This document shows positions 20,264-31,136 of a DNA stretch of 64,000 bases, in pieces. A model generated the notes under the pieces. It saw nothing but the letters and a program-made list of their open reading frames with translations. It ran no database searches and was not told the DNA's origin. Every line of letters begins with the position of its first letter. Position 1 is the first letter of the stretch. This DNA comes from Deltaproteobacteria bacterium (GTDB taxonomy: Bacteria; Myxococcota_A; Polyangia; Polyangiales; Houyiibacteriaceae). Where the stretch lies: the NCBI GenBank assembly GCA_034670305.1, contig JAXMNT010000009.1:32001-96000 (forward strand), read 5' to 3'. Position numbers and translations under genes: made by a program.

Positions 20264-20737
20264 TCAGCAGCGTCCGCCGTCGCGCAGACACACACCCAGA
20301 GCGACGAGGGACAACGCGACCACCCCGCCGATCACCACAAGCGCGTAGACCCATCCCGACAGCAGGTTCCGGCGGCCTCCCGAAGACTCCCTTCCGACGG
20401 TCAGGAACTGGGTGTCCGCCAGCGGACAGGGGCGTCCGTCCAGCGCCGCCCGGACTCCGTCCTCGTCGAGCATCTGGAGCGGGGTGCGGAGCGAACACCC
20501 CTCGATCAGCGTGCCGACATCCAACCTCAACGGGGACTCGCCGAGTACGTTCTGGTCGGCGAGCACCTCCCGGGCGAGCGAGAGCCGCACCCGCGCGCCG
20601 TTGGTCGCGCTGACCCGAATGTGTTGGTCTTCGCGCAGCTCGTCCAGACGTCGGGCGACGTGCGACTGGGCCACGTGAACCTGCCCGCTGGCGCACCCGA
20701 CCGAGCCCGCGAGCAGGACGACCCACCAGCGGTTCAT
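20264..20737 (-). CDS. Hypothetical lipoprotein with C-terminal TM helix
   Basis: MNRWWVVLLAGSVGC; C-terminal WVYALVVIGGVVALSLVALGV; ATGA overlap with the upstream gene. Confidence 0.6.
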   Translation of the reverse strand: MNRWWVVLLAGSVGCASGQVHVAQSHVARRLDELREDQHIRVSATNGARVRLSLAREVLADQNVLGESPLRLDVGTLIEGCSLRTPLQMLDEDGVRAALDGRPCPLADTQFLTVGRESSGGRRNLLSGWVYALVVIGGVVALSLVALGVCLRDGGRC

Positions 20738-21591
20738 CCTGCGATCCGTGCACCGAGGTGCCAGATCTGGTCGAGCTCCGGCATGGACGCGGCGAACCGT
20801 CCGAAACCCTCGACTTCCAGAAAGACGCTTCCTTCGAGTCGATATGGGATCTCGAGCGGGGGCCGTCTTCCCGAGCGGATCTCCCCCACTGCGTCCACGA
20901 GCACGCGCTGGAGGATGCGGAGCAGTGGGCCTGCGGCGACCTCCAAACGAAACACCACGGTCATCCGATCGTTGGCCGCGAGGGTTCGGACACGCAGATC
21001 CTCCATGCGCCGTTCGCCCCGGGCCACGTCGAGCAGAAACCCGGCGCTCGCCGTGGCGAAGGCGCCCATGTCGCGAATCGTGTCGTCGTCGACTTCGCAG
21101 GCCCGTTCCCGATCGCAGTCACGAGGGACGGTTTCCTCCGCCTCGGATCCGCAGAGCGCCACGCACACCGCCCCGAGGTTCTCTCCTTCGGCTTCGGTCG
21201 CCCCAGGAAACGCCGTGAACGCGAACAGCGCGCTCACGAGGGGAACCGGCACCGCGGCGCGGTTTTGAACCTCGAGCTCCACATCGAAGACGAAACGCAG
21301 ATCCGCATCGGACACCGCAGGTCCGAACGCCCGGCAGACGAAGGGGAGGGCCAGCTGGTCGCAGAGCCAGCGTGCGACCTGCGCGTCGCTCGGCGCGGAC
21401 TGCAACCGCGCGCCATGGGCGTAGACCTCCGGCGGCGTGGGCGCTGTGCCAGCGAGCCCGGCAGGCAGTGTGGATCCTGGGAATCCGATGCCGGCACAGG
21501 CGGACAGCAACGTGAGCGCCATGCAGGCGGGCCCGACGACCCGCGGTGGGAGGCGTGTCTGGCCAATCGTGGTCCGTCCCATGGGCGGCAT
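20734..21591 (-). CDS. Hypothetical lipoprotein, possibly LEA_2-like (start uncertain: 21591 or 21582)
   Basis: Lipobox LSAC; FDVELEVQNRAAVPVPL, IPYRLEGSV. Confidence 0.6.
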   Translation of the reverse strand: MPPMGRTTIGQTRLPPRVVGPACMALTLLSACAGIGFPGSTLPAGLAGTAPTPPEVYAHGARLQSAPSDAQVARWLCDQLALPFVCRAFGPAVSDADLRFVFDVELEVQNRAAVPVPLVSALFAFTAFPGATEAEGENLGAVCVALCGSEAEETVPRDCDRERACEVDDDTIRDMGAFATASAGFLLDVARGERRMEDLRVRTLAANDRMTVVFRLEVAAGPLLRILQRVLVDAVGEIRSGRRPPLEIPYRLEGSVFLEVEGFGRFAASMPELDQIWHLGARIAG

Positions 21592-21923
21592 CCTGCCTGG
21601 CAGTCCGCAGTTCGGCCAGGCGGGTGCACAGACGGACGGGTGGGCTGTGTGGGCTCTGTGCCGAATGCCGCTCCCCGCGCCAGGCGAGAGATGCTGATCA
21701 TCGGCGCGTAAACTTTCAGTGAGCACGGACGCCAGCTGCTCTGCGAACCCTCGAAAACGGCTGCGGACCTTCGCGACGCCTTCCTCATGCACGTCGAGCC
21801 ACGCGAACCGAGGGCGGCCCCTGTACGCTGCGCGATTATCGCGGACAACAACCGAACTCATTCTTGATATCCTCGCGCGCCCCCGAAGCATCGGGTGCCG
21901 GCCCACACAGTGCGGATGAGGCG

Positions 21924-24900
21924 ATGATGGACAGCGAAGAGCAGGAAACGACCGAAACGGGAACGCCCGTCGACGAGACATTCCAAGCAGCCGCGGCTCA
22001 GGCGCGCCAAGACCCATCGGACGACGCGGCGTGGGACGCGCTCGAAGACTTCGCTGCGTCGAGTCAGCGCCCGGACGAAGTCGGGGCGCTGTACCGCGAG
22101 GTGCTCCAGGGGCCGCTGCCGGATGGGGTGGCGGCGTCGCTTTCGGAGCGGGTGGTGCAGTTCCACGAAGAGTGGTTCCGCGAAGACTCGCCCCAGCTGA
22201 TCGAAGCGCTGCGCTGTGTGCTGCGCGTCGACGAAGGAAGCGCCGACTGGGCCTTCCAGCGGCTCACGGTGCTCTTCAGCGTCGCTGAGCGCTGGGACGA
22301 ACTTCTCTCGCTCTACGACGACGAAATCCAAAGCGCGAGCGACCCGGCCCGCAAGGTCGCGCTTCTCGAGGAAGCGGCACAGTCCGCGAAGGACTTCGCG
22401 TCCGATCCGGATCGAGCGATCGGTTACCTCAAACAACTGCTCGTGCTGCGCCCGAAAGACAAGCAGCTCGTGTCGAGTCTCGAACGACTGCTCGATCGGC
22501 AGTCTCGGTTCGACGATCTGGTCGAGCTCTGGCGAGAGCAGTTGGGCCGGCGCAAGGGCGGGCCGGCCCGGACGCTCAAGTTGCAGATTGCGCGCACGCT
22601 GGCCTCGAAACTCGGCCGCGTCGGTGAGTCGATCGAAGTGCTCGAAGACCTGCTCGACGATCCGAAAGCGGACACCGCGCCGATCCTCGAGATGCTGGAG
22701 AACTTCTCGAGCGACGAATCGCTCGACGCGGATCCGCGGCGCGCCGCGCTGACGATTCTCCGGGCCCGCTACGCGGAGGAAGGCCGCCCGTCTCAGGTCA
22801 TCGCCACGCTGGGCACCGCGCTTGCGCTGGCCGGTACCGACGAGCGCATCGCGCTCCACCGCGACGCTGCCGAGCGCCTGGTGCAGGGCGGTGATCCGGG
22901 CGCAGCGATGGAACACTTCGGTGCGATGATTGCGCTGGACGCGCAGGACGAGTCCGCGCTCGAAGGGTTGCGCGCGGCCGGCATGGCCGCAGGCCAGGAG
23001 CGTCGCATCGTCGACTTCCTCGTCGAGGCCGCGGACCAAACCGAAGACACCGCGTTGAGCGCGCCACTCCGACTGGAAGCGGCGCAGCGACTGAGCGCGC
23101 TGGGCGAGTCGCCCGCCGCGATTCCGCAGCTCTCGATCCTGACGGCAGAGGGCATGCCCGCGGACGTGGCTCGTGAGGCGGCCCGCCAACTCTGCGCCGA
23201 ACTGCACCAAGCGGAGCGCAGCGAAGAAGAACTCGCGGCGCTCGAACGGCTGGCACAGCTCGAGGACTCGGAGTCGCGGCGTCGAGAGGCGCTCGGAAAC
23301 GCAGCACGGCTGGCGAACGCGCTCGGCAACACCGACCGCGCGCTCGGGCTCTGGGAGTCGCGCCTCGCGACGAACGCGAACGACGACGAAGCCCAATCGG
23401 CGATCATCGATCTGCTCGCGCAGGAAGGGCGGTTCGGGGAGCTCATGGCGGCGCTTCGTCGTCGCATCGCCACCTCGACCAGCGTGTGGAGCCAGCGGGC
23501 GGACCTCGTGCGCATCGCACGCGTCCTCGCGGCCGACGTGGACCAACCCGCCGACGCGATCGCGACGTGGAACGAAGTGGGTTCGGCGTACGGCGAAGAC
23601 GCGGAAGTCTCCAACGCCCTCATCGAACTCTACGAGCGGACCGAACGGTTCGACGACATGGCCGATGTCATCGGCCGGGCAGCCGCCCGCGAAGAACCGC
23701 ACGTCGCAGACCTGCGTGCGCGCGAAGGCGACCTGCGGGCCCAGCGCCTGGGCGACCCGAGCGGCGCGCTCGATTCCTACCGGCGCGCGCTCGAAGCGTT
23801 TCCCGAGCACGGCGAGGCCCGCGCGGGGCTGGCGCGGCTCTGCGACCACGAGGACGCTGGCATTCGAGGCCGGGCCGTGCGCGCGCTCGCGACGAGTTAC
23901 GAACTCACCCACGAGTGGGCGCCGCTCATCGCGTTGCTCGAGCATCGACTGGCCGTCGCCGAAGACGCGCCGACGCGCGCGAAGCTCCTGCGGGACGCAG
24001 CGACGATCGAAGAGCGGGAGTCCGAGGCACCGGAACCCGCTCTCGCCCTGTTTGGGCGCGCGCTCGAACAACAACCGGAGGACACCCGGCTCGAAGCCGA
24101 GGTGCTTCGTCTGGCGGAGTCGACCGAAGCGTTTGCGGTGGCCGCAGACGCCTTCCGGGCCGCAGCCGCCGCGGCGGCGGGTCCCAGGCGGGCGCACCTT
24201 CGTTCGCTCGAAGCGCACCTGCGCTCTGAGAAGCTCGGCGATGCGGCCGGTGCGCTCGACGCAGCCCTCGGTGCGCTCGATGCGGACCCGTTGCGCGAGT
24301 CGTACGCGGACCACGTCGTGGCGCTGTGCCAGACGAGCGATGCCCGCGTCGAAGACGTGCTGCGCCGGGCGGCGTTGGCACCGAACGCGCCGCCCGCCCA
24401 CATGCGGCGGCTCCTCACCGTCGAGCGATTGGCCGAAGACGCCGACCTCTTCGCGACCCTTTGGGCGATCGCTGGCCGCGACGTGCGCGACCTGGACGCG
24501 TTGCACGAGGCCGCGCTCATCGCGCCGGAGAGTCGGAGCCGAGAGGTGTGGCAGACCCTCTTCGAACGGGCTTCGATCGCGTGGCGCCGTGGAGAAACCG
24601 GCTCCGGCGAGCGCACCCCCTCGGAGAGCACCATCGCTGCGGCGGATGCGCTGCTCGCCCAGCACGACGCCGCAGAGCGGGCCCAGGAGGCCATCGCGCT
24701 GTTGATCGAGATGTCGCGCCTACCGATGTCGGTCGAGGACTCGATGGCGCGCCGGCTGCAGGCCGCGGAGCGCGCTCGGGCCCTCGGCGATCGTGCGCAG
24801 GCGATCGATCTCTACCGCGACGCGTTGCAGTTCGGCGGCGAGAACGCCGACGCGCTTCAGGGTCTTGGCGATCTTCTGGCCGAGGAGAACCGGAGCGCCG

Positions 24901-27900
24901 AGTTGCTCGGCATCCGTCGCCGCGAGCTGGCCCAGACAGAGGACCCGGATCGGCGCATTGCCGCGCGGCTCGAGATCGCGCGCATCGTCACCGAGATCGA
25001 ACAGAACGGGGGCCGGATGGAGGCGCTCCGGGCGAACCTCGAAGACCGCCCCGGTCACGAAGCGAGCCTCGCCGCGCTGGAGTCGCTGCTCGTCGAGCGG
25101 CGCGCCCACGAAGAACTCGCCGGTCTGCTCGAAGCCCAGGCTGCCCGCATCGAGGACCCCGACCGCGCGGGCGGATTGTGGGCCCGCGTCGCCGAGCTCA
25201 GCGAAGGCCCGCTGCAGGACGAGGCCCGTGCGCTCGAAGCCCACCGCAAGGTGGTGGAACACCGTCCGGCCGAGCTCCGATCGCTCGACGCGCTCGCCCG
25301 TACGCTCCGGTCGCGGGGCGAACACGCAGCGGCGGCCCGATGGCTCGAGCGTCGACTCGCGGTGGCGGAGGACGACGAGCGGGCCGACCGTGCCGCCGAG
25401 CTGGCGCAGACGTTGATCCAAGCGGAGCGCGGAGAGCGCGCGTGCGAAGTGCTCGAAGAGACGCTCAGCCGCAGCCCCGACCGGCAGGATCTGCGCGACT
25501 TGCTCGCGGACCAATACCGGGAAGCAGAAGCCTGGGAGCCGCTCGCGCGGGTGTTGACCCAGGCCGCCGAACACGTGACCGACCAAGACCGGGTGCTCGA
25601 GCTCGTGCGCGAAGCCGCCGAGCTTCACGCGGCGCGGCTTGGCCGACCCGCGGATGCGATCCCCGTCTTGCGCAAAGGCATGGAGCTCGCGCCCGACGAT
25701 CGGAGCATCAAACTCCAGCTCGCCGAAGGACTGCGCGAAGCGGAGGCTTACGACGAAGCCCGCGACATCCTCACCGCCGTGCTGGATGGGTTCGGACGGC
25801 GACGGAGCGCGGAGCGCGCCCACGTGCACCATCAGCTCGGCATCGTCGCCCGCGCGCAGGGCGACTTCGACACGGCCCTCGAGCAGCTCGAGCTCGCCAC
25901 CAAGATGGCGATGGCGGAACCGAAGATGCTGCACACGCTTGGCAGGCTCGCCCGCGAAGCGGGGCAGCTCGCTCGGGCGGAGAAGGCCTACCGCGCCCTC
26001 CTGATGATGGTGCGGCGGCAGACCGGACCGGCCGAGGTCGGGACCGCCGAGGTGCTCTACGAACTCTACGCGATCGACAAAGCGCAGGACGGGCGCAGCG
26101 AAGAACAGGTGGACGAGCTGCTCGAATCCGTGCTCGAAGCCGCGGCCCAGTCCGACGACGAGGCGCTCAAGCTTCGTGCGGTGCTCGCCGAACGCGGCGA
26201 ACACGAACTCGCGCTGCAGGTCCTCGAGCGCCGCTCGAACGCGGCGGACTCGGCGCCGAGCCGCGCGGCCATGTTGTCTGCGATGGCGGACACGCTCGAG
26301 ATCCAGGAGCGCAACGAAGAGGCGTTCGAGAAACGACTCGGCGCCCTCGGCAAGGACCCCGCCCGCGCCCAGTACCGAAAGGGCGCGCTTCAGTCGGCCC
26401 GTGCGGTCGGTCGGGTGGACGCCCTCGAACGGCGGCTGCGCGAGTTGCTCGAGTTGCATCAGCGCGACGAAGATGCGCCGCTTCAGGCCGGCCTCTGGCT
26501 GACGCTCGGCGCCATCGCCGAGAACGACCAGAGCGACCCAGCTGCTGCCGCGACCTGCTATGGCAAAGCGGAACCCGAGGCGCCGCTCGAGGCCTGGCAC
26601 GCGCTCGCACGGGTGGGCGCGCAGCTGGCCGACGTGCCGCTGCAGACCCGCGTGCTGCAGTCGCTCGTCGAATCGCCGGAGGTGACCGGCCCCCGCCGGG
26701 CGAACGTGCTCCATCAACTCGCGGGCGTGCTGCTCGCGGGCGCCGACGAGGAGTCCTTCGATGAGGCTGTGGCCATCGCGCGCAAGGCGTTCGATGCGGA
26801 TCCCCGGCACGAACAGATGGGTGCGCTTCTGCATCAAGCGACGACCGAGCGCGCGGACCACGACGAAGCGATGCGGCTCTACGAAGAGATCGCCCGAGAC
26901 AGCGGCGACGACGAGATGTTGCTTCGTTGGCTGGAACGACGCGCCTCGCGTTCGGACGCCGGGTTGAGCGGATTGCGGGAGGCGGCAGAGAAGGCGCGGG
27001 CACTCGGCCTGGCCGAGCGCGCGCAGCCGCTGCTTCTGCGCGCGATCGAAGTGGCCGAAGCCTCGGACGAGGGCATCGTCTCGGCGCGGTGGGCGATGCG
27101 TGGACTCGCCGAACTCCACCGAGACGCGGGCGAAGTGCGCGAGGCGCTCGGCTGGCTCGAACGGGTGGTCGAGACCGCCGAGGACGAAGACGAGCGCCGC
27201 CAGCTCGAGATCGCACTCGCCGAGACCGCCGCACAAGAGGGCGGCGACCTCGAAGTCGCCGACGACGTCTACACGCGGCTGCTTGAGCACGACGTCGCCG
27301 AGGCGAGCCTCTGGCGCCCGCTGCTCGAAGTCCGATCGAAGCGTGGCGACGAAGGACGGCTCTCGGACTTGGTCGTGCAACTCGTCGATGCGTTGCTCGA
27401 CCCGGCGCTGCGCAACGAAGCGCGCCTCGTCAAAGCGCAGTTCTTGATGGCCATCGAAGGCCGCGAGTTCGATGCGGTCGACGTGCTCGAGGCGATCCTC
27501 GAAGAGGACCCCGAACACCACGAGGCCGCCGGTCTGCTCGCCAATCTGTACGAGAAGAGTGGTTACGACGAAGACCTCGTCCAGCTTCTCGAGCGGCAAC
27601 TCGACGTGGCGCGCGACCACGAAGACCTGGACACGATCACCGACCTGAGCCTCCGACTCGGTGAGTTGCTCGAGAAGGTGCGGCGCGACGACGCCGCCGA
27701 CGTGTACCGCCGGGCGCTCGACTGGGTGCCCAAAGAGCGGCGCGTGATCGAAGCGTACCTTGCGCTGCTGGGACCCGAGACTGACCCGCGGGAACGCGCC
27801 GAAGTGCGCGGGCGGCTTCTCGCCGTTTCCGAGGGCGCGGCGGCCAGCACGCTCGCGCGTGAGCTCATGGCCGAGTGGACCGAACTCGACGACCCGGACG

Positions 27901-29480
27901 CGGTGCTTGCGGCCCTTGCCGCGGGCGTGGCCGGCAACCCGGACGACGCGGAGCTGCGGGACGAACTCGAAACCAAGTACCGTGTCGAAGAGCGCTGGGC
28001 GCCCCTCGCCGGGTTCTTGGAAGCGCAGGCCCTGCACCGTGTCGAATCGGAACCGGAGCTCAGCGCCACACGGCTCCGCGAGGCGGCGCATATCCGTCGG
28101 GTGACGCTTCAGGATCCCGCCGGCGCCGTTTTGCTGCTGCAGCGGGCGCGCGAAGCGACCGGCAGCCCCGAGATCCTCGCCGAGCTCGTCGATGCGATGC
28201 GCGAGTCGGGGGATCTCGAAGGCGCGGCGGCGGAGGTGTCGACCGCGCTCGAGGCGCACCTCGCCGCACAAGGCGACGACACCCGCGATGCCCGCTGGGT
28301 CCAGCTCGTGGTGTTGCGGGCGAGGCTCCAGCTCGAGCGCAACGAAGTCGATCAGGCGGTCGCGGACCTCGAGTCCGCGTACCCGATCGACCCGGCCGCG
28401 GTCGCGCCCGATCTCGTCCAGGCGCTCACCCGCGCCCGGTTTGCCTATGGCGAAGCCGGCGACTCGGCCGCCGAACGCACGGTTGTGTTTCGTTTGGTGG
28501 ATGTGCTCGACGCTGCGGGTGCCGCGGACCAAGCCCGCAATGCACTCGCCGATTGGGTGACCGACCACGACGACGACGCAGAGGCGCTGTTTCGACTGCG
28601 CGATGTGGACATCGCGGCGCAGAACTGGCCGGGCGTGGCGGATGCGTGTGCCGCGCTCATCGTGCTGCTCGAGGGCAGCGACCAGGTCGATGCGGCGCTG
28701 CTCATGGCGGACGCGTGCGACGCCTCCGAGGATGCCGATCGAGGGCGCCAGGCGCTCGAGTACGTGTTCCACGTGCAGTCGCGCGACACCCGGCTGCTCG
28801 AGCGGCTCCGAACCCTCTACGAGCAGACCGGAGCCTTCCGCGAACTCGCGGGTCTGTTGTCGCATGAGGCGCAGTCGACCGAGGACAAGGAGCGCGCGTT
28901 CGAGCTGTTCCGCCGCGCGGGTCGGGTGCTCGTCGAGCATGTCGGGGACGCCGAAGCCGCGCTTCCGATGCTGCAGCATGCGGTTCAAGCGAAGCCAGAA
29001 GATCACCGCACCGTGGTGCTTCTGGCCGATGCGTACATCGGCTCGGGTTACTTCGCCGAGTGTGGCCAGCTGCTCGAAGAAGCGATCGGCCGGCAGACCC
29101 GCCGGCGTTCTCCGGAGCTCGGAGAGTTGCAGCACCGCATGGCGCGGCTGGCGCGCGCCGCAGGCGACCGCGACCTGGAGAAGCAGTGGCTCGTTGCCGC
29201 GCTCGAGTCCGACAAGAACAACGGTCATGTCTCTTCCGAACTCGCGATTCTCGCGTGGGAACTCAACGACATGGACACCGCGTTGGCGGCGCTGCGCGCG
29301 GTCACGTTGAGCAAAGTGGACGGGCCCATGAGCCGCGCTCAAGCGTTTCTCATGCAGGCCAAGATCGCGCACCAACGCGGCGAGGCACGGCGTGCGCTCT
29401 TGTGGGCCCGCAAGGCGAAGTCCGAAGACGCGGATCTCACGGAAGCCGACGAGTTCCTCCGCGAGCTCGGCGACACGTAG
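21924..29480 (+). CDS. Giant (~2500 aa) TPR repeat protein, myxobacterial type
   Basis: Uninterrupted ORF with repeated A..Y..AL...P...A...L..LY....W..L helices; no obvious signal peptide. Confidence 0.85.
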   Translation: MMDSEEQETTETGTPVDETFQAAAAQARQDPSDDAAWDALEDFAASSQRPDEVGALYREVLQGPLPDGVAASLSERVVQFHEEWFREDSPQLIEALRCVLRVDEGSADWAFQRLTVLFSVAERWDELLSLYDDEIQSASDPARKVALLEEAAQSAKDFASDPDRAIGYLKQLLVLRPKDKQLVSSLERLLDRQSRFDDLVELWREQLGRRKGGPARTLKLQIARTLASKLGRVGESIEVLEDLLDDPKADTAPILEMLENFSSDESLDADPRRAALTILRARYAEEGRPSQVIATLGTALALAGTDERIALHRDAAERLVQGGDPGAAMEHFGAMIALDAQDESALEGLRAAGMAAGQERRIVDFLVEAADQTEDTALSAPLRLEAAQRLSALGESPAAIPQLSILTAEGMPADVAREAARQLCAELHQAERSEEELAALERLAQLEDSESRRREALGNAARLANALGNTDRALGLWESRLATNANDDEAQSAIIDLLAQEGRFGELMAALRRRIATSTSVWSQRADLVRIARVLAADVDQPADAIATWNEVGSAYGEDAEVSNALIELYERTERFDDMADVIGRAAAREEPHVADLRAREGDLRAQRLGDPSGALDSYRRALEAFPEHGEARAGLARLCDHEDAGIRGRAVRALATSYELTHEWAPLIALLEHRLAVAEDAPTRAKLLRDAATIEERESEAPEPALALFGRALEQQPEDTRLEAEVLRLAESTEAFAVAADAFRAAAAAAAGPRRAHLRSLEAHLRSEKLGDAAGALDAALGALDADPLRESYADHVVALCQTSDARVEDVLRRAALAPNAPPAHMRRLLTVERLAEDADLFATLWAIAGRDVRDLDALHEAALIAPESRSREVWQTLFERASIAWRRGETGSGERTPSESTIAAADALLAQHDAAERAQEAIALLIEMSRLPMSVEDSMARRLQAAERARALGDRAQAIDLYRDALQFGGENADALQGLGDLLAEENRSAELLGIRRRELAQTEDPDRRIAARLEIARIVTEIEQNGGRMEALRANLEDRPGHEASLAALESLLVERRAHEELAGLLEAQAARIEDPDRAGGLWARVAELSEGPLQDEARALEAHRKVVEHRPAELRSLDALARTLRSRGEHAAAARWLERRLAVAEDDERADRAAELAQTLIQAERGERACEVLEETLSRSPDRQDLRDLLADQYREAEAWEPLARVLTQAAEHVTDQDRVLELVREAAELHAARLGRPADAIPVLRKGMELAPDDRSIKLQLAEGLREAEAYDEARDILTAVLDGFGRRRSAERAHVHHQLGIVARAQGDFDTALEQLELATKMAMAEPKMLHTLGRLAREAGQLARAEKAYRALLMMVRRQTGPAEVGTAEVLYELYAIDKAQDGRSEEQVDELLESVLEAAAQSDDEALKLRAVLAERGEHELALQVLERRSNAADSAPSRAAMLSAMADTLEIQERNEEAFEKRLGALGKDPARAQYRKGALQSARAVGRVDALERRLRELLELHQRDEDAPLQAGLWLTLGAIAENDQSDPAAAATCYGKAEPEAPLEAWHALARVGAQLADVPLQTRVLQSLVESPEVTGPRRANVLHQLAGVLLAGADEESFDEAVAIARKAFDADPRHEQMGALLHQATTERADHDEAMRLYEEIARDSGDDEMLLRWLERRASRSDAGLSGLREAAEKARALGLAERAQPLLLRAIEVAEASDEGIVSARWAMRGLAELHRDAGEVREALGWLERVVETAEDEDERRQLEIALAETAAQEGGDLEVADDVYTRLLEHDVAEASLWRPLLEVRSKRGDEGRLSDLVVQLVDALLDPALRNEARLVKAQFLMAIEGREFDAVDVLEAILEEDPEHHEAAGLLANLYEKSGYDEDLVQLLERQLDVARDHEDLDTITDLSLRLGELLEKVRRDDAADVYRRALDWVPKERRVIEAYLALLGPETDPRERAEVRGRLLAVSEGAAASTLARELMAEWTELDDPDAVLAALAAGVAGNPDDAELRDELETKYRVEERWAPLAGFLEAQALHRVESEPELSATRLREAAHIRRVTLQDPAGAVLLLQRAREATGSPEILAELVDAMRESGDLEGAAAEVSTALEAHLAAQGDDTRDARWVQLVVLRARLQLERNEVDQAVADLESAYPIDPAAVAPDLVQALTRARFAYGEAGDSAAERTVVFRLVDVLDAAGAADQARNALADWVTDHDDDAEALFRLRDVDIAAQNWPGVADACAALIVLLEGSDQVDAALLMADACDASEDADRGRQALEYVFHVQSRDTRLLERLRTLYEQTGAFRELAGLLSHEAQSTEDKERAFELFRRAGRVLVEHVGDAEAALPMLQHAVQAKPEDHRTVVLLADAYIGSGYFAECGQLLEEAIGRQTRRRSPELGELQHRMARLARAAGDRDLEKQWLVAALESDKNNGHVSSELAILAWELNDMDTALAALRAVTLSKVDGPMSRAQAFLMQAKIAHQRGEARRALLWARKAKSEDADLTEADEFLRELGDT

Positions 29481-29627
29481 CCCCTCGCCCGTCCGCGGTA
29501 GAACATCGAACCCGCAGCGGCGGAGCGGTGGTCGGCAGCCGGAGCGGTCGCTTCGGGTCTCTGGCCCGTTGGTCGTCCGATTCCTTCCGCGCGGCGGGCC
29601 ACAGCGCTGTGATACCGTCGCCGGTCC

Positions 29628-31136
29628 ATGCCGGGCTTCATTCTCGCGATTGATCAGGGGACCACTGGGTCCACCGCGATGGTGCTCTCCACAGACGCCA
29701 CCGTGCTTGCCAAAGCGAACCGAGAGTTCGCTCAACACTTCCCCCATCCAGGGTGGGTCGAGCACGATCTCGCGCAGATTTGGGAGAGCGTGACCCAGTC
29801 GGTTGGGGAAGCACTCCGGATGGCCAAGGTGGATCCGAAAGATTGCCGGGCCATCGGCATCACGAACCAACGCGAGACCACCGTCGTCTGGCACCGCAGC
29901 ACCGGCGCGCCGATTCATCGCGCCATCGTCTGGCAGGATCGGCGCACGGCGGACCGGTGCACAGCGTTGAAGTCGGACGGCCACGAGGCGATGTTCCGAG
30001 AGCGCACCGGGCTGGTGCTCGACCCCTACTTCAGCGGCACGAAGGTGGCCTGGATCCTGGACCACGTCGACGGCGCGCGGAAGACCGCCGCGGCAGGCGA
30101 GCTGGCGTTCGGCACGATCGATTCGTGGCTGGTCTGGAAACTCTCCGGCGGAGCGGCCCACGTCACCGACGCCACGAACGCGTCGCGTACGTTGATGTAC
30201 GACATCCGAGACGGGTCATGGGACGACGACTTGCTGTCCGCGCTGAACGTTCCGCGGGAGCTCTTGCCTGAGGTGCGCAGCTGCGCCGAGGTGTACGGCG
30301 AGACCCGGGGTGTGCCTGGGCTTCCCGACGGCATCCCCATCGCAGGCATGGCCGGCGACCAGCAGGCCGCGCTCTTCGGTCAGACGTGTTTCGCGGAAGG
30401 CGACGCGAAGTGCACGTACGGCACGGGCGCGTTCTTGCTGATGAACACCGGCGACCGATTCGTGCCCTCGGAGCACGGACTCATCACGACGATCGCTTGG
30501 AGGCTTGGCGACAGGACGACTTACGCGCTCGAAGGCAGCTCCTTCATCGCGGGCGCAGCGGTCCAGTGGCTGCGCGATGGACTGGGCATCATTTCGGACT
30601 CGGCCGACGTCGAGAAGAAAGCACGTGAAGTCGAGTCCGCGGGCGACGTGGTCTTCGTGCCCGCGCTCTCGGGCCTCGGCGCACCACATTGGGATCCGCA
30701 CGCACGCGGACTGATCATGGGCTTGAGCCGAGACACGACCGTGGCCCATCTCTGTCGCGCCTGCCTCGACGGGATCGCGTATCAGATTGTCGATTTGACC
30801 AACGCGATGCAGGCGGATGCCAAAACGACACTCTCGCGGTTGAGGGTCGATGGCGGCGCCGCCAACAACGACCTCTTGATGCAGCGCCAAGCGGACCTAT
30901 GTGCAGTGGCAGTGGACCGTCCCGCCAACGTCGACACGACCGCACTCGGTGCCGCCTACCTGGCGGGACTCGGTGCGGGCATCTTCGAAGATCAAAGCGC
31001 CATCGTGGAAGCGCATCGGGTCGAGCGTACGTTCGATCCCAAGATGGATGAGCCCACCCGAATCCGAGACATGCAACGGTGGCAAGACGCCATCGCCCGC
31101 ACCCGCAGCGACATCCGACAAGGAGCCCCCTCGTGA
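29628..31136 (+). CDS. glpK: Glycerol kinase
   Basis: AIDQGTTGS, GITNQRETT, IVWQDRRT, DPYFSGTK, GDQQAALFGQ, KCTYGTG, RVDGG. Confidence 0.97.
   Translation: MPGFILAIDQGTTGSTAMVLSTDATVLAKANREFAQHFPHPGWVEHDLAQIWESVTQSVGEALRMAKVDPKDCRAIGITNQRETTVVWHRSTGAPIHRAIVWQDRRTADRCTALKSDGHEAMFRERTGLVLDPYFSGTKVAWILDHVDGARKTAAAGELAFGTIDSWLVWKLSGGAAHVTDATNASRTLMYDIRDGSWDDDLLSALNVPRELLPEVRSCAEVYGETRGVPGLPDGIPIAGMAGDQQAALFGQTCFAEGDAKCTYGTGAFLLMNTGDRFVPSEHGLITTIAWRLGDRTTYALEGSSFIAGAAVQWLRDGLGIISDSADVEKKAREVESAGDVVFVPALSGLGAPHWDPHARGLIMGLSRDTTVAHLCRACLDGIAYQIVDLTNAMQADAKTTLSRLRVDGGAANNDLLMQRQADLCAVAVDRPANVDTTALGAAYLAGLGAGIFEDQSAIVEAHRVERTFDPKMDEPTRIRDMQRWQDAIARTRSDIRQGAPS

Noticed and set aside
24720-30161. Very long antisense ORFs (1813 aa; also 35109-38699, 12366-15539, 16641-19928)
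   Set aside because: Shadows of real genes, expected from high-GC3 codon bias; no recognisable motifs
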